Shown here: positions 1 through 9,305 of the stretch, one piece after another
Layout: each line of letters starts with the position of its first letter
How positions within the stretch are numbered: position 1 is the first letter of the stretch
From: Candidatus Eiseniibacteriota bacterium
Lineage (GTDB): Bacteria > Eisenbacteria > RBG-16-71-46
DNA length: 64,000 nucleotides
Assembly: GCA_963725865.1 (NCBI GenBank)
Contig: CAVSAC010000014.1
Location: forward strand, 896,001 to 960,000
Direction: 5' to 3'
Notes under the pieces: generated by a model
What the model was told of the DNA's origin: nothing
Seen by the model: only the letters and a program-made list of their open reading frames with translations
Databases searched by the model: none
Made by a program: the position numbers and the translations under genes

Positions 1-2
1 AT

Positions 3-1184
3 TACCGCCTCAACGAGGTGCTGAAGGTGATCGAGGAGGGCCTCGAGGACGTGTCGTTCTCGCGCCCGAACCTCGAGTGGGGGATTCCGCTGCCCGCGGA
101 GATCGAGGGCGGCGAGGGCCATGTGGCGTACGTGTGGGGCGACGCGCTGCTCAACTACCTCTCGGCGCTCGGCTGGCCGGAGCGGCGCTACTCGCTCTGG
201 TGGCTCGCGAAGGAGTCCGAGACCGGCGGGCCGGGGGCGACCCGGCAGGACGTGTTCGCCGAGCTGGACGGCCAGGGGCGCCCGGGCGCGGCCTGGGCCG
301 GCACCGGGCAGCCGCTCTACACCAACGCGTTCCACCTGATCGGCAAGGACATCAGCCGCTTCCACTGCCTGCTGTGGCCCGCGATGCTGCTCGCCGCCGG
401 GGTGCCGCTGCCGCGCCAGGTGTACGTGCACGGCTTCGTCTACGCCCGCGGCAGCCGGCTCTCGAAGTCGTCGGGCAACGTCGTCGATCCGCTCGCGCTG
501 GCCGCGGCGGTCGGCACCGACGTGCTGCGCTTCTGGCTGCTCGACGCGATCCCGACCGGCCAGGACGGCAATCTCTATCCCGACCAGTTCATCGAGCACG
601 TGAACACCCACCTCGCGAACAAGTTCGGCAACCTCGCGAGCCGCGCGGTGACGCTCGTGCACAAGTACTTCGACGGGCACACGCCCACCGAGTGGGCTCC
701 GGATGCGTTCGCCGACGCCGAGGTGCGCGCCGCACTCGCGGCGGTGCAGGCCGCCGCGGCGAGCGCCGCCACCGCGGTGCCGCGCGCGTTCGAGGAGTTC
801 GAGATCCACACGGCGCTCGACGCCGCGTGGGACGTGGTGGAGCGCGCGAACGAGTTCACCGACCGCGCCAAGCCCTGGGAGGTCAGCCGGGATCCCGCGC
901 GGCGCGCGGAGCTGGGCACCACGCTGTCGGCGCTGCTCGAGACGCTGCGGCTGGTCGCGGTGTGGGCATGGCCGGCGATCCCCTCCAAGAGCGAGGAGCT
1001 GTGGGCGGTGCTCGGCCTTCCGGGCGAGCCCGGCGAGGTGCGCGGCGACGACGCGCGTCCGCGCTTCGGCGCCACCCCGTCGCGGCCGCTGCAGCCGGCG
1101 AGCATCCTGTTCCCGCGCCTCGAGCCGAAGGCCGTGCAGGCGTTCTTCCCGGCCGCCGAGGAGGCCGCGGGGCCCGCCTCCTGA
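3..1184 (+). CDS. metG: Methionyl-tRNA synthetase, 5'-truncated by the window edge
   Basis: Motifs WGIP, YVWGDALLNYL, HLIGKDI.RFH, KMSKS-like RLSKSSGN, LANKFGNL and LFPR; frame open from position 3; next to tatD. Confidence 0.95.
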   Translation, partial: YRLNEVLKVIEEGLEDVSFSRPNLEWGIPLPAEIEGGEGHVAYVWGDALLNYLSALGWPERRYSLWWLAKESETGGPGATRQDVFAELDGQGRPGAAWAGTGQPLYTNAFHLIGKDISRFHCLLWPAMLLAAGVPLPRQVYVHGFVYARGSRLSKSSGNVVDPLALAAAVGTDVLRFWLLDAIPTGQDGNLYPDQFIEHVNTHLANKFGNLASRAVTLVHKYFDGHTPTEWAPDAFADAEVRAALAAVQAAAASAATAVPRAFEEFEIHTALDAAWDVVERANEFTDRAKPWEVSRDPARRAELGTTLSALLETLRLVAVWAWPAIPSKSEELWAVLGLPGEPGEVRGDDARPRFGATPSRPLQPASILFPRLEPKAVQAFFPAAEEAAGPAS

Positions 1185-1192
1185 AGCCGCTC

Positions 1193-1984
1193 ATGATCGA
1201 CACCCACTGCCACCTCGCGGACAAGCGCTTCGACAAGGACCGCGAGGCGGCGATCGCGCGGGCGCACACGGCCGGCGTGCGCGCGTTCGTCGAGATCGCC
1301 TACGCTCCGGCGATCGTCGAGCGGGCGCACGCGCTCGCGGCGATCCATCCGAACCTGTTCCTGTGCGTGGGCGTTCACCCGAGCGAAGCGGCGAAGGTGC
1401 CGGCGAGCTACCTCGACGCGCTGCGCGACCACGCGCGGCATCCACGCGTCGTGGCGATCGGCGAGACCGGCCTCGACTTCTTCCGCGACCACGCTCCGCG
1501 CGCGGACCAGGAGCGCTGGTTCCGCGCCCAGCTCGCCCTCGCCGACGCGATGGGGCTGCCGGTGGTGATCCACCAGCGCGCGGCGCTCGCGGACACGCTC
1601 GCGATCCTCGAGCAGGCGCACCCACAGGCGGGCGGGGTGCTGCATTGCTTCGACGACGGCCCCGACGCGGTCGAGCGCGCACGCGCGCTCGGCTTCAAGC
1701 TCGGCCTCGGCGGCTGCCTGACCTACGGCCACGCCGAACTCGACCAGGCGGTGCGCGGCGCGCCTGCCGACCTGCTGGTGCTGGAGACCGACGCGCCGTA
1801 TCTGGAGCCCGAGCCCCGCTCGCTCAAGCGCAACGAGCCGGCGCTGCTCGCGCGCGTGGTGAAGCGCCTGTGCGAGCTGCGCGGCTGGACACCCGACGAG
1901 GCGGTGCGGGTGACGACCGCGAACGCGCTCGATCTGTTCCGGCTGCCGATCGCGGTCGAGCCGCCGCCGGCGCCGCCGGCGTAA
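1193..1984 (+). CDS. tatD: TatD family deoxyribonuclease
   Basis: MIDTHCHL, GVHP, AIGETGLD, VLHCF and LETDAPY motifs; ATG at 1193 inside the 77..1984 ORF. Confidence 0.95.
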   Translation: MIDTHCHLADKRFDKDREAAIARAHTAGVRAFVEIAYAPAIVERAHALAAIHPNLFLCVGVHPSEAAKVPASYLDALRDHARHPRVVAIGETGLDFFRDHAPRADQERWFRAQLALADAMGLPVVIHQRAALADTLAILEQAHPQAGGVLHCFDDGPDAVERARALGFKLGLGGCLTYGHAELDQAVRGAPADLLVLETDAPYLEPEPRSLKRNEPALLARVVKRLCELRGWTPDEAVRVTTANALDLFRLPIAVEPPPAPPA

Positions 1985-2055
1985 CTCGCTCCGGAGCCGC
2001 GACCGCGGCCGCCGGCCTCAAGCGCGGCCCGCGCCGGGCCGATGACCCCAACGGC

Positions 2056-3120
2056 ATGCCGACCTCCTCCGTCCTGATGGCGTCGCTCGCCGTCGCGGCC
2101 GTCCTCGCGGTGGTGACGCTCCTCGCCCTGATCGCCCGCGCCGCCCACCGGCGCGACCGCCGCGCGCGCCGCGCCGAATCCCACGCCTTCCGGGTGGCGT
2201 GCACGCAGCTCGTGCGCGAGGGCCGCGGCGACGCCGAGGTTCGCCGGCTTGCCGCCGCGCTCGACGAGCGCACGTTCTGGGGCGCGGTCGAGCGGCTCTC
2301 GCTCGGCCTCGGCGCCCGCGCCCGCGCGCGCCTCGGCGAAACGCTCGAGCGCAGTCGCCACGTCACCTACGAGCGGCGCGCGCTGCGCGACGACTCGCCG
2401 TGGCGCGCCGAGCTGGGGGCCCGCCGGCTCGCCCTGCTGCCCGCGCGACGGCCGCGCCGCGCGCTGCGGCGCGCGATGGTCGACGGCAACGGGCTCACCG
2501 CCTACGCCGCGGCCCGCGCGCTCGGCCGCTCCGGGGATCGCGCGGCGCTGCGCTGGGTGCTCGAGCACCCGCGCCGCTTCGAGCGCCGCGGGGCACGCGC
2601 CTGGACCGCGTTGCTCGCCTCGTTCGGGCGCCGTGCGCTCGCCGACCTCGCTGCCGCGCTGGAGCGCGCGGTGCACGACGCGCCGCTCGAGCGCGCTCTC
2701 GTGGAGACGCTCGGGCTCGGCTCGTTCGGGCCCGCCGGGCCCGCGATCGGGCGCCGGCTCGGGCACCCGGATCCCGAGGTGCGCGTCGCCGCGGCGCGCG
2801 CGCTGGGACGGCTGCGCGCCGCCGCGTCCGCCGACGCGCTGCTCGCGGCACTCGCGGACGACGCGTGGCCGGTGCGCGCGCAGTCGGCGTGGGCACTCGG
2901 CCGGCTCGGCGACGAGCGCGCCGTGATGCCGCTCACCGCGCGGCTCGCCGATCGCGCGTGGTGGGTGCGCCGTCATGCCGCGTACGCGCTCGCGCAGCTC
3001 GGCCCCGCCGGCCGCGCGGCGCTGCGCAACGCCGCCGAGAGTGCGTCCGATCGCTACGCGCGCGACATGGCGCACGAGGCGCTCGAGGGCGGTTTCCTCA
3101 AGGCGATGGGCGGGGACTGA
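2056..3120 (+). CDS. Membrane-anchored HEAT-repeat protein
   Basis: N-terminal hydrophobic helix; repeats VRVAAARALGRL, WPVRAQSAWALGRLG and WWVRRHAAYALAQLG; start uncertain. Confidence 0.75.
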   Translation: MPTSSVLMASLAVAAVLAVVTLLALIARAAHRRDRRARRAESHAFRVACTQLVREGRGDAEVRRLAAALDERTFWGAVERLSLGLGARARARLGETLERSRHVTYERRALRDDSPWRAELGARRLALLPARRPRRALRRAMVDGNGLTAYAAARALGRSGDRAALRWVLEHPRRFERRGARAWTALLASFGRRALADLAAALERAVHDAPLERALVETLGLGSFGPAGPAIGRRLGHPDPEVRVAAARALGRLRAAASADALLAALADDAWPVRAQSAWALGRLGDERAVMPLTARLADRAWWVRRHAAYALAQLGPAGRAALRNAAESASDRYARDMAHEALEGGFLKAMGGD

Positions 3121-3183
3121 GGCGGGCCCGCGAGCGCACCGGCGCGCGTGCATCGGCGCGGGCCGCACCCTACACTGCGCCGC

Positions 3184-4158
3184 ATGCCACCCGACCCCCG
3201 CCGCCGTCCTCCCCCGCGACCGCGCGCGTCCAGCTACATCCGCGAGCGCGCCGCGCTCGAGGGCTCGGCGGCCACCCGCCTCAAAGACCTGCTCGCCGCG
3301 CGCGGGCTGTCACCGCGCCGGCGCTTCGGCCAGAACTTCCTGGTCCGCGAGGACCTCTGCGAGCGCATCGTCGAGCTCTGCCACCTGCGCGAGGACGACG
3401 TCGCGGTCGAGATCGGTCCCGGCGCCGGCGCCATCACGCTGCGGATCGCGCAGAAGGTGCGCAAGCTGGTGGCGGTCGAGTTCGACACCGGGCTGGCGGC
3501 GCTGCTGCGTGAAGAACACGCCGAGCATCCGCGGCTCGAGGTGGTCGAGGGCGACTTCCTCGACTTCGACCTCGCGGCGCTGGCGGCGCGCGAAGGGGTG
3601 GAGCGGCTGGTGGTGGTCGGCAACATCCCGTACAACGTCACCACGCCGATCCTCGAGCGGCTGTTCGCGCAGCGCGCGGTCGTGCGCAGCGCGGTGCTGC
3701 TGGTGCAGAAGGAGTACGCCGAGCGCCTCGCCGCGGCCGCCGGCACGCCGGAGTACGGCTCGCTCACGCTGTTCGCCCGCTACCACGCGCTGATGGAGCC
3801 GCTGATGACCATCCGCGCGGCGGCGTTCTGGCCGCGTCCGGACGTGGACAGCATGCTGGTGCGCTTCTTCCTGCGCGAACAGCCGCCGGTCGACGCCCCC
3901 GAGGCGCTGCTGTTCCGGCTCATCCGCGGGTCGTTCCAGATGCGGCGCAAGATGCTCGCGAACACCATCGAGGAATCGCTCGGCATCTCGAAGGAGCTGG
4001 TCGAGAGCCTGTGCCGCCAGGCCGGCATCGACATGCGGCGGCGCGGCGAGACGCTCACGCTCGACGAGTTCGCGCGGCTCGCGCGCGTCGCCGCCCAGCG
4101 CGGCGTCGATCCGGAGCACCCCGAAGCCGCCGGCGGGCGCGATGAACGCGACGCCTGA
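3184..4158 (+). CDS. rsmA: 16S rRNA (A1518/A1519) dimethyltransferase
   Basis: FGQNFL, VEIGPGAG, VGNIPYNVTTP and YGSLT motifs; -10 TACACT 7 nt before the ATG at 3184. Confidence 0.95.
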   Translation: MPPDPRRRPPPRPRASSYIRERAALEGSAATRLKDLLAARGLSPRRRFGQNFLVREDLCERIVELCHLREDDVAVEIGPGAGAITLRIAQKVRKLVAVEFDTGLAALLREEHAEHPRLEVVEGDFLDFDLAALAAREGVERLVVVGNIPYNVTTPILERLFAQRAVVRSAVLLVQKEYAERLAAAAGTPEYGSLTLFARYHALMEPLMTIRAAAFWPRPDVDSMLVRFFLREQPPVDAPEALLFRLIRGSFQMRRKMLANTIEESLGISKELVESLCRQAGIDMRRRGETLTLDEFARLARVAAQRGVDPEHPEAAGGRDERDA

Positions 4159-5101
4159 CCTGCACGTGGTGCTCGGCACCGGCCCGCTCGGGCGCGCGGT
4201 GGCCGAGGAGGCGCTGCGCCGCGGCTTCCGCGTGCGGCTGGTGAGCCGCAGCGGCCGCATGGAGGCGCCCCCGACGGGCGCCGAGGTGCGCGCCGCCGAC
4301 GCCACCGAGGCGGCCGCGGTGCGTGAGGCGTGCGCGACCGCGGCCGCGGTCCACCTGTGCGCGAACGCGCCGTACACCGACTGGGTCGAGCGCTGGCCGC
4401 CGCTCGCCCGCGGCGTGCTCGAGGGCGTGGCCGCGGCCGGCGCGAAGTTGATCTACGGCGACAACCTCTACGCGTACGGCCCGCACGCGGGCCCGCTGCG
4501 CGAGGACCTGCCGGCCGCCGCCACCGGCCGCAAGGGCCGGGTGCGCGCCGCGATCGCGGCATCGTTCCTCGACGCCCATCGCGCGGGCCGGGTGCGGGTC
4601 GCGATCGGACGCGCCTCGGACTTCTACGGCCCGTGGGCGACCGAGGGCAGCCTGCTCGGCAGCCGCGTGATCCCCGCCGCGTTCGCCGGCCGGCCCGGGC
4701 AGGTGATCGGCAACGTCGACCTGCCGCACACGTTCACGTACATCCGCGACTACGCGCGCGCGCTGGTCACGCTCGCCACGCGCGACGAGGCGCTCGGGCA
4801 GGTGTGGCACGTGCCGAGCGCCGAGACCACCACGCAGCGCGCGCTGCTGCAGATGGTGTGGGAGGAGTGCGGCCAGCGCGGCCCCGCACGGTTCAGCGCC
4901 GCCCCCGCCTGGCTGGTCGGCGCGATGGGACTGTTCATGCCGATCATGCGCGAGCTGGGCGAGATGATGTACGAGTGGGAGCGCCCCTACGTGGTCGACC
5001 ACTCGAAGTACGCGCAGGCGTTCGGCACCGAGACCACGCCGCACCGCGAAGGCGTGGCCGAGACGGTGGCGTGGTTCAGGGGCCGGGCGGCTGCGAGCTG
5101 A
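4142..5101 (+). CDS. NAD-dependent epimerase/dehydratase family protein
   Basis: VLGTGPLG Rossmann motif, DNLYAYG, RASDFYGP, HTFTYIRD. Confidence 0.88.
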   Translation: MNATPDLHVVLGTGPLGRAVAEEALRRGFRVRLVSRSGRMEAPPTGAEVRAADATEAAAVREACATAAAVHLCANAPYTDWVERWPPLARGVLEGVAAAGAKLIYGDNLYAYGPHAGPLREDLPAAATGRKGRVRAAIAASFLDAHRAGRVRVAIGRASDFYGPWATEGSLLGSRVIPAAFAGRPGQVIGNVDLPHTFTYIRDYARALVTLATRDEALGQVWHVPSAETTTQRALLQMVWEECGQRGPARFSAAPAWLVGAMGLFMPIMRELGEMMYEWERPYVVDHSKYAQAFGTETTPHREGVAETVAWFRGRAAAS

Positions 5102-5247
5102 GCTCGCCCGCGGGCGGGCTTTCACGCTGCGCCCGCTCGCGCACGACCCGCGCGAACTCGAGGTCGTTGCGCTGGAGCCACGCGTACTGGCTGCGCGGTC
5201 CACGCGCAGCGCCCGCGTCACGCGGGGATGGTAGACTCGCCGTCGTC

Positions 5248-5460
5248 ATGAATGAGGATCGCGCATCTCGAATCAGTATCCGCCAGGTCCGCCAGGGCCC
5301 CGAGGAAGCCGCCCTCGACCGGGCGTACTGGGCGTCCATGACCCCCGAGCAGCGGATCGAGCTCGTGTGGGAACTCACCGAGGAACAATGGCGCATGCGA
5401 GGCTGGGATCCGGATGAACCAGGACTTCGTCGATCTGTTGCGGTCCTTCAACGCCGCTGA
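5248..5460 (+). CDS. Small hypothetical protein, putative partner (antitoxin-like) of the downstream nucleotidyltransferase
   Basis: 70 aa containing YWASMTPEQRIELVWEL; TGgTAGACT -10 box upstream; overlaps the start of the NTase gene. Confidence 0.6.
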   Translation: MNEDRASRISIRQVRQGPEEAALDRAYWASMTPEQRIELVWELTEEQWRMRGWDPDEPGLRRSVAVLQRR

Positions 5461-5742
5461 GGTTCGGTTCCTCGTCGTCGGCGCCTATGCCGTGGGCATC
5501 CACGCGCGCCCGCGCCCGACACCGTGTTCCAGATCGGGGTCCCTCCACGCCGGATCGATCTGCTGACGTCGCTCACCGGAGTCACGTTCACGGAAGCGTG
5601 GCCACGGCGCGTGCGCAACTCCATCGGCGGCGCGGACTGCGACTTCATCGGTCGCGAGGACCTCATCCTCAACAAGACCGCCCTCGGACGCCCACGGGAC
5701 CTCGCCGACATCGAGGACCTGCGGCACGGCGCGGACGGCTGA
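5414..5742 (+). pseudogene. Minimal nucleotidyltransferase-like gene with internal deletion and frameshift
   Basis: N-terminus MNQDFVDLLRSFNAAEVRFLVVGAYAVGIHARPR shifts frame at ~5515 into PDTVFQIGVPPRRIDLLTSLTGV...NKTALGRPRDLADIEDL; the T.D.D catalytic segment expected after R.. is missing. Confidence 0.75.
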
Positions 5743-5764
5743 GCGCTCGCGAGGGAAGACTGCG

Positions 5765-5930
5765 AAGGGCCTCGACCTGCTCGAATTCACGATGGCCGTG
5801 GAGGACGCGTTCGCGAGCTCGATCCCGCACGGCGACGCAGGTCGGTGGACGACGCCCGGCCCGCTCGTGGACTACCTCGCGGGTCGGATAGCACGCGAAG
5901 CGGCCCGGTCGCGCGACCGGGCCGCTCGTG
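5765..5930 (+). pseudogene. Acyl-carrier-protein-like remnant
   Basis: (K)GLDLLEFTMAVEDAFASSIPHGDAGRWTTPGPLVDYL resembles ACP-type GLDSVELVMAVEEAF..IPD.DA...TVGDLVDY; AAG sits where ATG is expected and the Ppant Ser is absent; 3' end approximate. Confidence 0.45.
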
Positions 5931-5952
5931 TTCGCGACGTGCGTCGCGCCGC

Positions 5953-6663
5953 TCAGGCTTCGTCGCCGCCCTGCTCCACGAACTTGTAGCCCACCTTGTG
6001 CACCGCGACGATGAACGGGTGCTCGAAACCGGCGCCCAGCTTGCTGCGCAGGTTCGACACGTGGGTGTCCACGGTGCGCGTGGTCACGCCCAGCTCCTCG
6101 TCGACGCCCCAGATCTCCTCGAGCAGCTCCTCGCGGCTCACGGTGCGACCGCGGTGCTCGATCAGGTACTTGAGCAGCTCGAACTCCTTGAACGAGAGCG
6201 CGACCGCCTTGCCTTCCTTGTAGACCTCGCGCGGCTCGAAGCGCACCTCGACGTCGCCGAACTTGAAGATCGTGGGCCCGGGCGCCGGCGCGCCGCTCGG
6301 GCCGCGCTGGATCAGCCGCCGCACGCGCGCGATCAGCTCCTTGATGCCGAACGGCTTCGTCACGTAGTCGTCCGCGCCGAGATCGAAGCCCTTCAGCACG
6401 TCGGCCTCGAAGTTGCGCGCGGTCATCACCAGCACCGGGATGTCCCGATGCCGCTGGCGCAGCTCCTTCAGCACCGTGAAGCCGTCTTTCTCCGGCAGCA
6501 TGATATCGAGCAGCACGCAGTCCGGCTTCTGCTTGAGCGCGAGCTTGAGGCCTTCCTGACCGGTCTTCGCGGTCAGGACCTCGTAGCCCTCGAACTTGAA
6601 ATTGTGGGCGAGCCCGTCGAGCAGCCCTTCTTCGTCCTCGACGATCAGCACCTTCTGACTCAT
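5953..6663 (-). CDS. OmpR-family DNA-binding response regulator
   Basis: VLIVEDE, LLDIMLP, GADDYVTKPF and winged-helix TRTVDTHVSNLRSKL. Confidence 0.95.
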   Translation of the reverse strand: MSQKVLIVEDEEGLLDGLAHNFKFEGYEVLTAKTGQEGLKLALKQKPDCVLLDIMLPEKDGFTVLKELRQRHRDIPVLVMTARNFEADVLKGFDLGADDYVTKPFGIKELIARVRRLIQRGPSGAPAPGPTIFKFGDVEVRFEPREVYKEGKAVALSFKEFELLKYLIEHRGRTVSREELLEEIWGVDEELGVTTRTVDTHVSNLRSKLGAGFEHPFIVAVHKVGYKFVEQGGDEA

Positions 6664-6682
6664 GGGTCCCTCGTCTTCCTCT

Positions 6683-8242
6683 CTACGTCCCGGTCTGGCG
6701 CCGGGGCTCCGGCCTGGCGGCCGCCGATTCGGTGGCGACCGGCAACGCCAAGGTGAACGTGCTGCCCTCTCCGGGCGTGCTCGTCAACTCGACCTGCCCG
6801 CCGTGTGCGCGCACGATCTGGTCGACGAGCGGCAGGCCCAGCCCAGCGCCCTTCACATCATGCACCAGACCGGCCTCGATGCGGACGAACTTCTCGAACA
6901 CCCGGTGCTGGTCCTCCGGCGCGATCCCGATCCCGTGATCGGAGACCGCGATCCGGACGTACGTCCCGTCGCTCGAGCCGCTGATGCGGATCTCCTTGCG
7001 CTGGCGAGAATACTTGATCGCGTTGTCCAGCAGGTTGAGCAGGCAGTGCGAGAGCGCGCGGGAGTCCCCCAGCGCCGGCGGCAGCCCGGGCGGCAGGTCC
7101 ACCTCCACCCGGAAGCCCAGCTCCTCGAAACGCGGACTCAGGCTCTCGACCGTCTCGCGCACCACGCCGGCCAGCTCGACCGGCCGGAACTGGAACGAGT
7201 GCTTGCCCGCCTCGAGCCGCGCGAAGTCGAGGATGTTGTCCACCAGCTGCGTGAGCCGCTTGGTCTCGCGCTGGATGCTGCGCAGGAACTTCGCGCTCTC
7301 CTCGGGGCTGCGCACGCGGTGCATGTCGAGCGTCTCGGCGGCGAGCTGGATCAGCGCGATCGGGGTCTTCAGCTCGTGCGTGACGTTGGCCAGGAACGAC
7401 GACTTGAGCTGGGCCAGCTCGAGCTGGCGGATCGTGTAGCGCAGCCCGAACACGGTGGCGACCAGGATCAGCCCGACGAGCAGCGCGACGAAGAACATCT
7501 CGATCGCGACGAAGCGGCCCACCCAGACCACCGGCGTGTCGGCGGTCGCCGAGACGCGCAGCGTATAGCCCTCGAATGGCCCCGACAGCGGCACCGGGCG
7601 CGCGGTGCCGGAGTGCCCCGGGTCGCGCACGCGCGCCACCTGGACGCCGGCGGCGTCGAACAGCTCCACGCTCACGCCGCGCGTCGACTCGATGCCCCCG
7701 TACATGCGCGGGTCCTCGTTGACGCGCTCCTCGACCACGGTCGCCAGGTTCTGGCGCAGGAAGTGGTCGGGGTCGATCCACCAGCCGCCCGCTCCCATCA
7801 CCATGCCGTCGGTGCCCCGCAGCAGCAGTCCGACGAACCAGTGCCGCCCGTGCTCGCCCATGCCGGGAGAGAACAGCAGTGGCTGCGACTCCACGAGCAG
7901 CAGGGAGTAGCCATCGAGCTGGTCGAGCGGCACGAAGTGCGGGCTGGAGAACTCGGGGTCGTCGGTGGAGAGCGCGCGCAGCACGCCGGCCACCCCGGCG
8001 CCGTTACGGGCCGCGCTCTCGGCCGCCGCGATGGCGCGCCGCATGTGCGCGAGCAGCTCCTCCTCGAACGCCTGGGCCACCTGCGCGGCCACGTAGGTGT
8101 TGTAGCGCGAGCTCTGCACGCCCACCGCGTCGGCGATGCGCGTGCTCAGGTAGATGGCCAGGCCCGCGAGCACCAGCGCGGGCAGCGCCACTCCGAGGCC
8201 GATGATGCGCAGGACGCGCTGGGAGAACCGGGAGACGGCCAT
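6683..8242 (-). CDS. Membrane sensor histidine kinase
   Basis: Two TM segments flanking a periplasmic domain; H-box THELKTP, N-box NLLDNAIKYS, G boxes DHGIGI and GAGLGL. Confidence 0.95.
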   Translation of the reverse strand: MAVSRFSQRVLRIIGLGVALPALVLAGLAIYLSTRIADAVGVQSSRYNTYVAAQVAQAFEEELLAHMRRAIAAAESAARNGAGVAGVLRALSTDDPEFSSPHFVPLDQLDGYSLLLVESQPLLFSPGMGEHGRHWFVGLLLRGTDGMVMGAGGWWIDPDHFLRQNLATVVEERVNEDPRMYGGIESTRGVSVELFDAAGVQVARVRDPGHSGTARPVPLSGPFEGYTLRVSATADTPVVWVGRFVAIEMFFVALLVGLILVATVFGLRYTIRQLELAQLKSSFLANVTHELKTPIALIQLAAETLDMHRVRSPEESAKFLRSIQRETKRLTQLVDNILDFARLEAGKHSFQFRPVELAGVVRETVESLSPRFEELGFRVEVDLPPGLPPALGDSRALSHCLLNLLDNAIKYSRQRKEIRISGSSDGTYVRIAVSDHGIGIAPEDQHRVFEKFVRIEAGLVHDVKGAGLGLPLVDQIVRAHGGQVELTSTPGEGSTFTLALPVATESAAARPEPRRQTGT

Positions 8243-8281
8243 GCGGGGGGAAGCCTAGCAGGGCGCGCCGGGGAAGCGTAA

Positions 8282-8305
8282 GGGCCGGCCCCGAAAGGCC
8301 GGCCC
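8282..8305 (-). terminator. GC-rich hairpin downstream of the Cys-rich gene (possible terminator)
   Basis: gggccggcc-ccgaaa-ggccggccc, 9-bp stem; weak U-tract. Confidence 0.45.
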
Positions 8306-8324
8306 CCCGATCGCGAGCGGGCGA

Positions 8325-9305
8325 TCAGCTCTTGGTGGCCGCACGTGCCGAGCCGCCCTGCAGGCCGGCCAGGGAGTACAGCTCCGTGACGATGCGCGGG
8401 TCGTTCGAGGTGAGCAGCGTGAGGCATCCGCTCTCGATGTTGACGACCTCACGGGTGAGTTTGCCGCTCGCCGCCGCGCCCCGCATCTCCTTGCAGTGCG
8501 TGCACAGGTGGGCCTTGTCGTTGCTCGCGCTCATCGCCGTGACGCGCTCGGCGTGGCGCGCCACCGCGGCCTGCACGGCGCGGACGCGCGCCGACGACTC
8601 GGCCGAGTAGACGTACATGACGCCGTTCTTCAGCGGCACGATCTGCACCTTGCCGCCGGCCTCGGCGATGTCGGACTCGCACGACATCATGTCGGCGCAC
8701 GCGTCGCACTCCGCCATCGCGGCACTGCTCGAGTGCGTGCCGCACGCGGGGCCGCCGACCGGGACCGCGCTCACCACGCCCGCCGTCTTGGTGAGCTTGG
8801 CCGCCTTCGCACCCTTGGCGCCCGGTGCGCAGCAGTCGCCGCCCGCGGAGGCCGCCATGGCGGTGGTGGCCGCCGTGCCGTGCATCGAGCAGCCGCTCGC
8901 CGATGCCGTCGTGGCCGCGGCGCCGTGTGCAGCGCAATCGCCCGCCGACGCCGTGGTGGCCGCGGCGCCGTGCATCGCGCAGGAGGCGGCATCGTGCGCG
9001 GCGGTCTTGCCGGCCTTCGCACCCTTCGACATGTACGGGCACTGCCCGGCCTTCATGTCGGCGGTGGTGGCGGCGCCGTGCATCGCGCAGCCCGACGCAT
9101 TCGCAGCGGCGGTGCCCTGGGTGCCGCAGGTCGCGGCCATCTCGGGCGTGCAGTTCGCCGCCATCTCGGCCGAGCAGGCGGCGTGCGTCGAGGCGGTGGT
9201 CGCGGTGGCGCTCTTGGTCGCCTTGCCGCAGGCGAGCGCGAACGCGGCCGAGGCCCCGACGACGAGCACGGCCAACACGGTCCACATGAGTCGGGTCTGC
9301 TTCAT
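8325..9305 (-). CDS. Secreted Cys/His/Met-rich repeat protein, putative metal-binding
   Basis: SD GGAGG before the ATG at 9305; signal peptide MKQTRLMWTVLAVLVVGASAAFALA; repeated CxxHG units; two CxxC motifs (CDAC, CTHC). Confidence 0.8.
   Translation of the reverse strand: MKQTRLMWTVLAVLVVGASAAFALACGKATKSATATTASTHAACSAEMAANCTPEMAATCGTQGTAAANASGCAMHGAATTADMKAGQCPYMSKGAKAGKTAAHDAASCAMHGAAATTASAGDCAAHGAAATTASASGCSMHGTAATTAMAASAGGDCCAPGAKGAKAAKLTKTAGVVSAVPVGGPACGTHSSSAAMAECDACADMMSCESDIAEAGGKVQIVPLKNGVMYVYSAESSARVRAVQAAVARHAERVTAMSASNDKAHLCTHCKEMRGAAASGKLTREVVNIESGCLTLLTSNDPRIVTELYSLAGLQGGSARAATKS

Noticed and set aside
8325..9305. Multiheme cytochrome c
   Set aside because: There is no CxxCH motif; the motifs are CxxH and CxxC(A/K)
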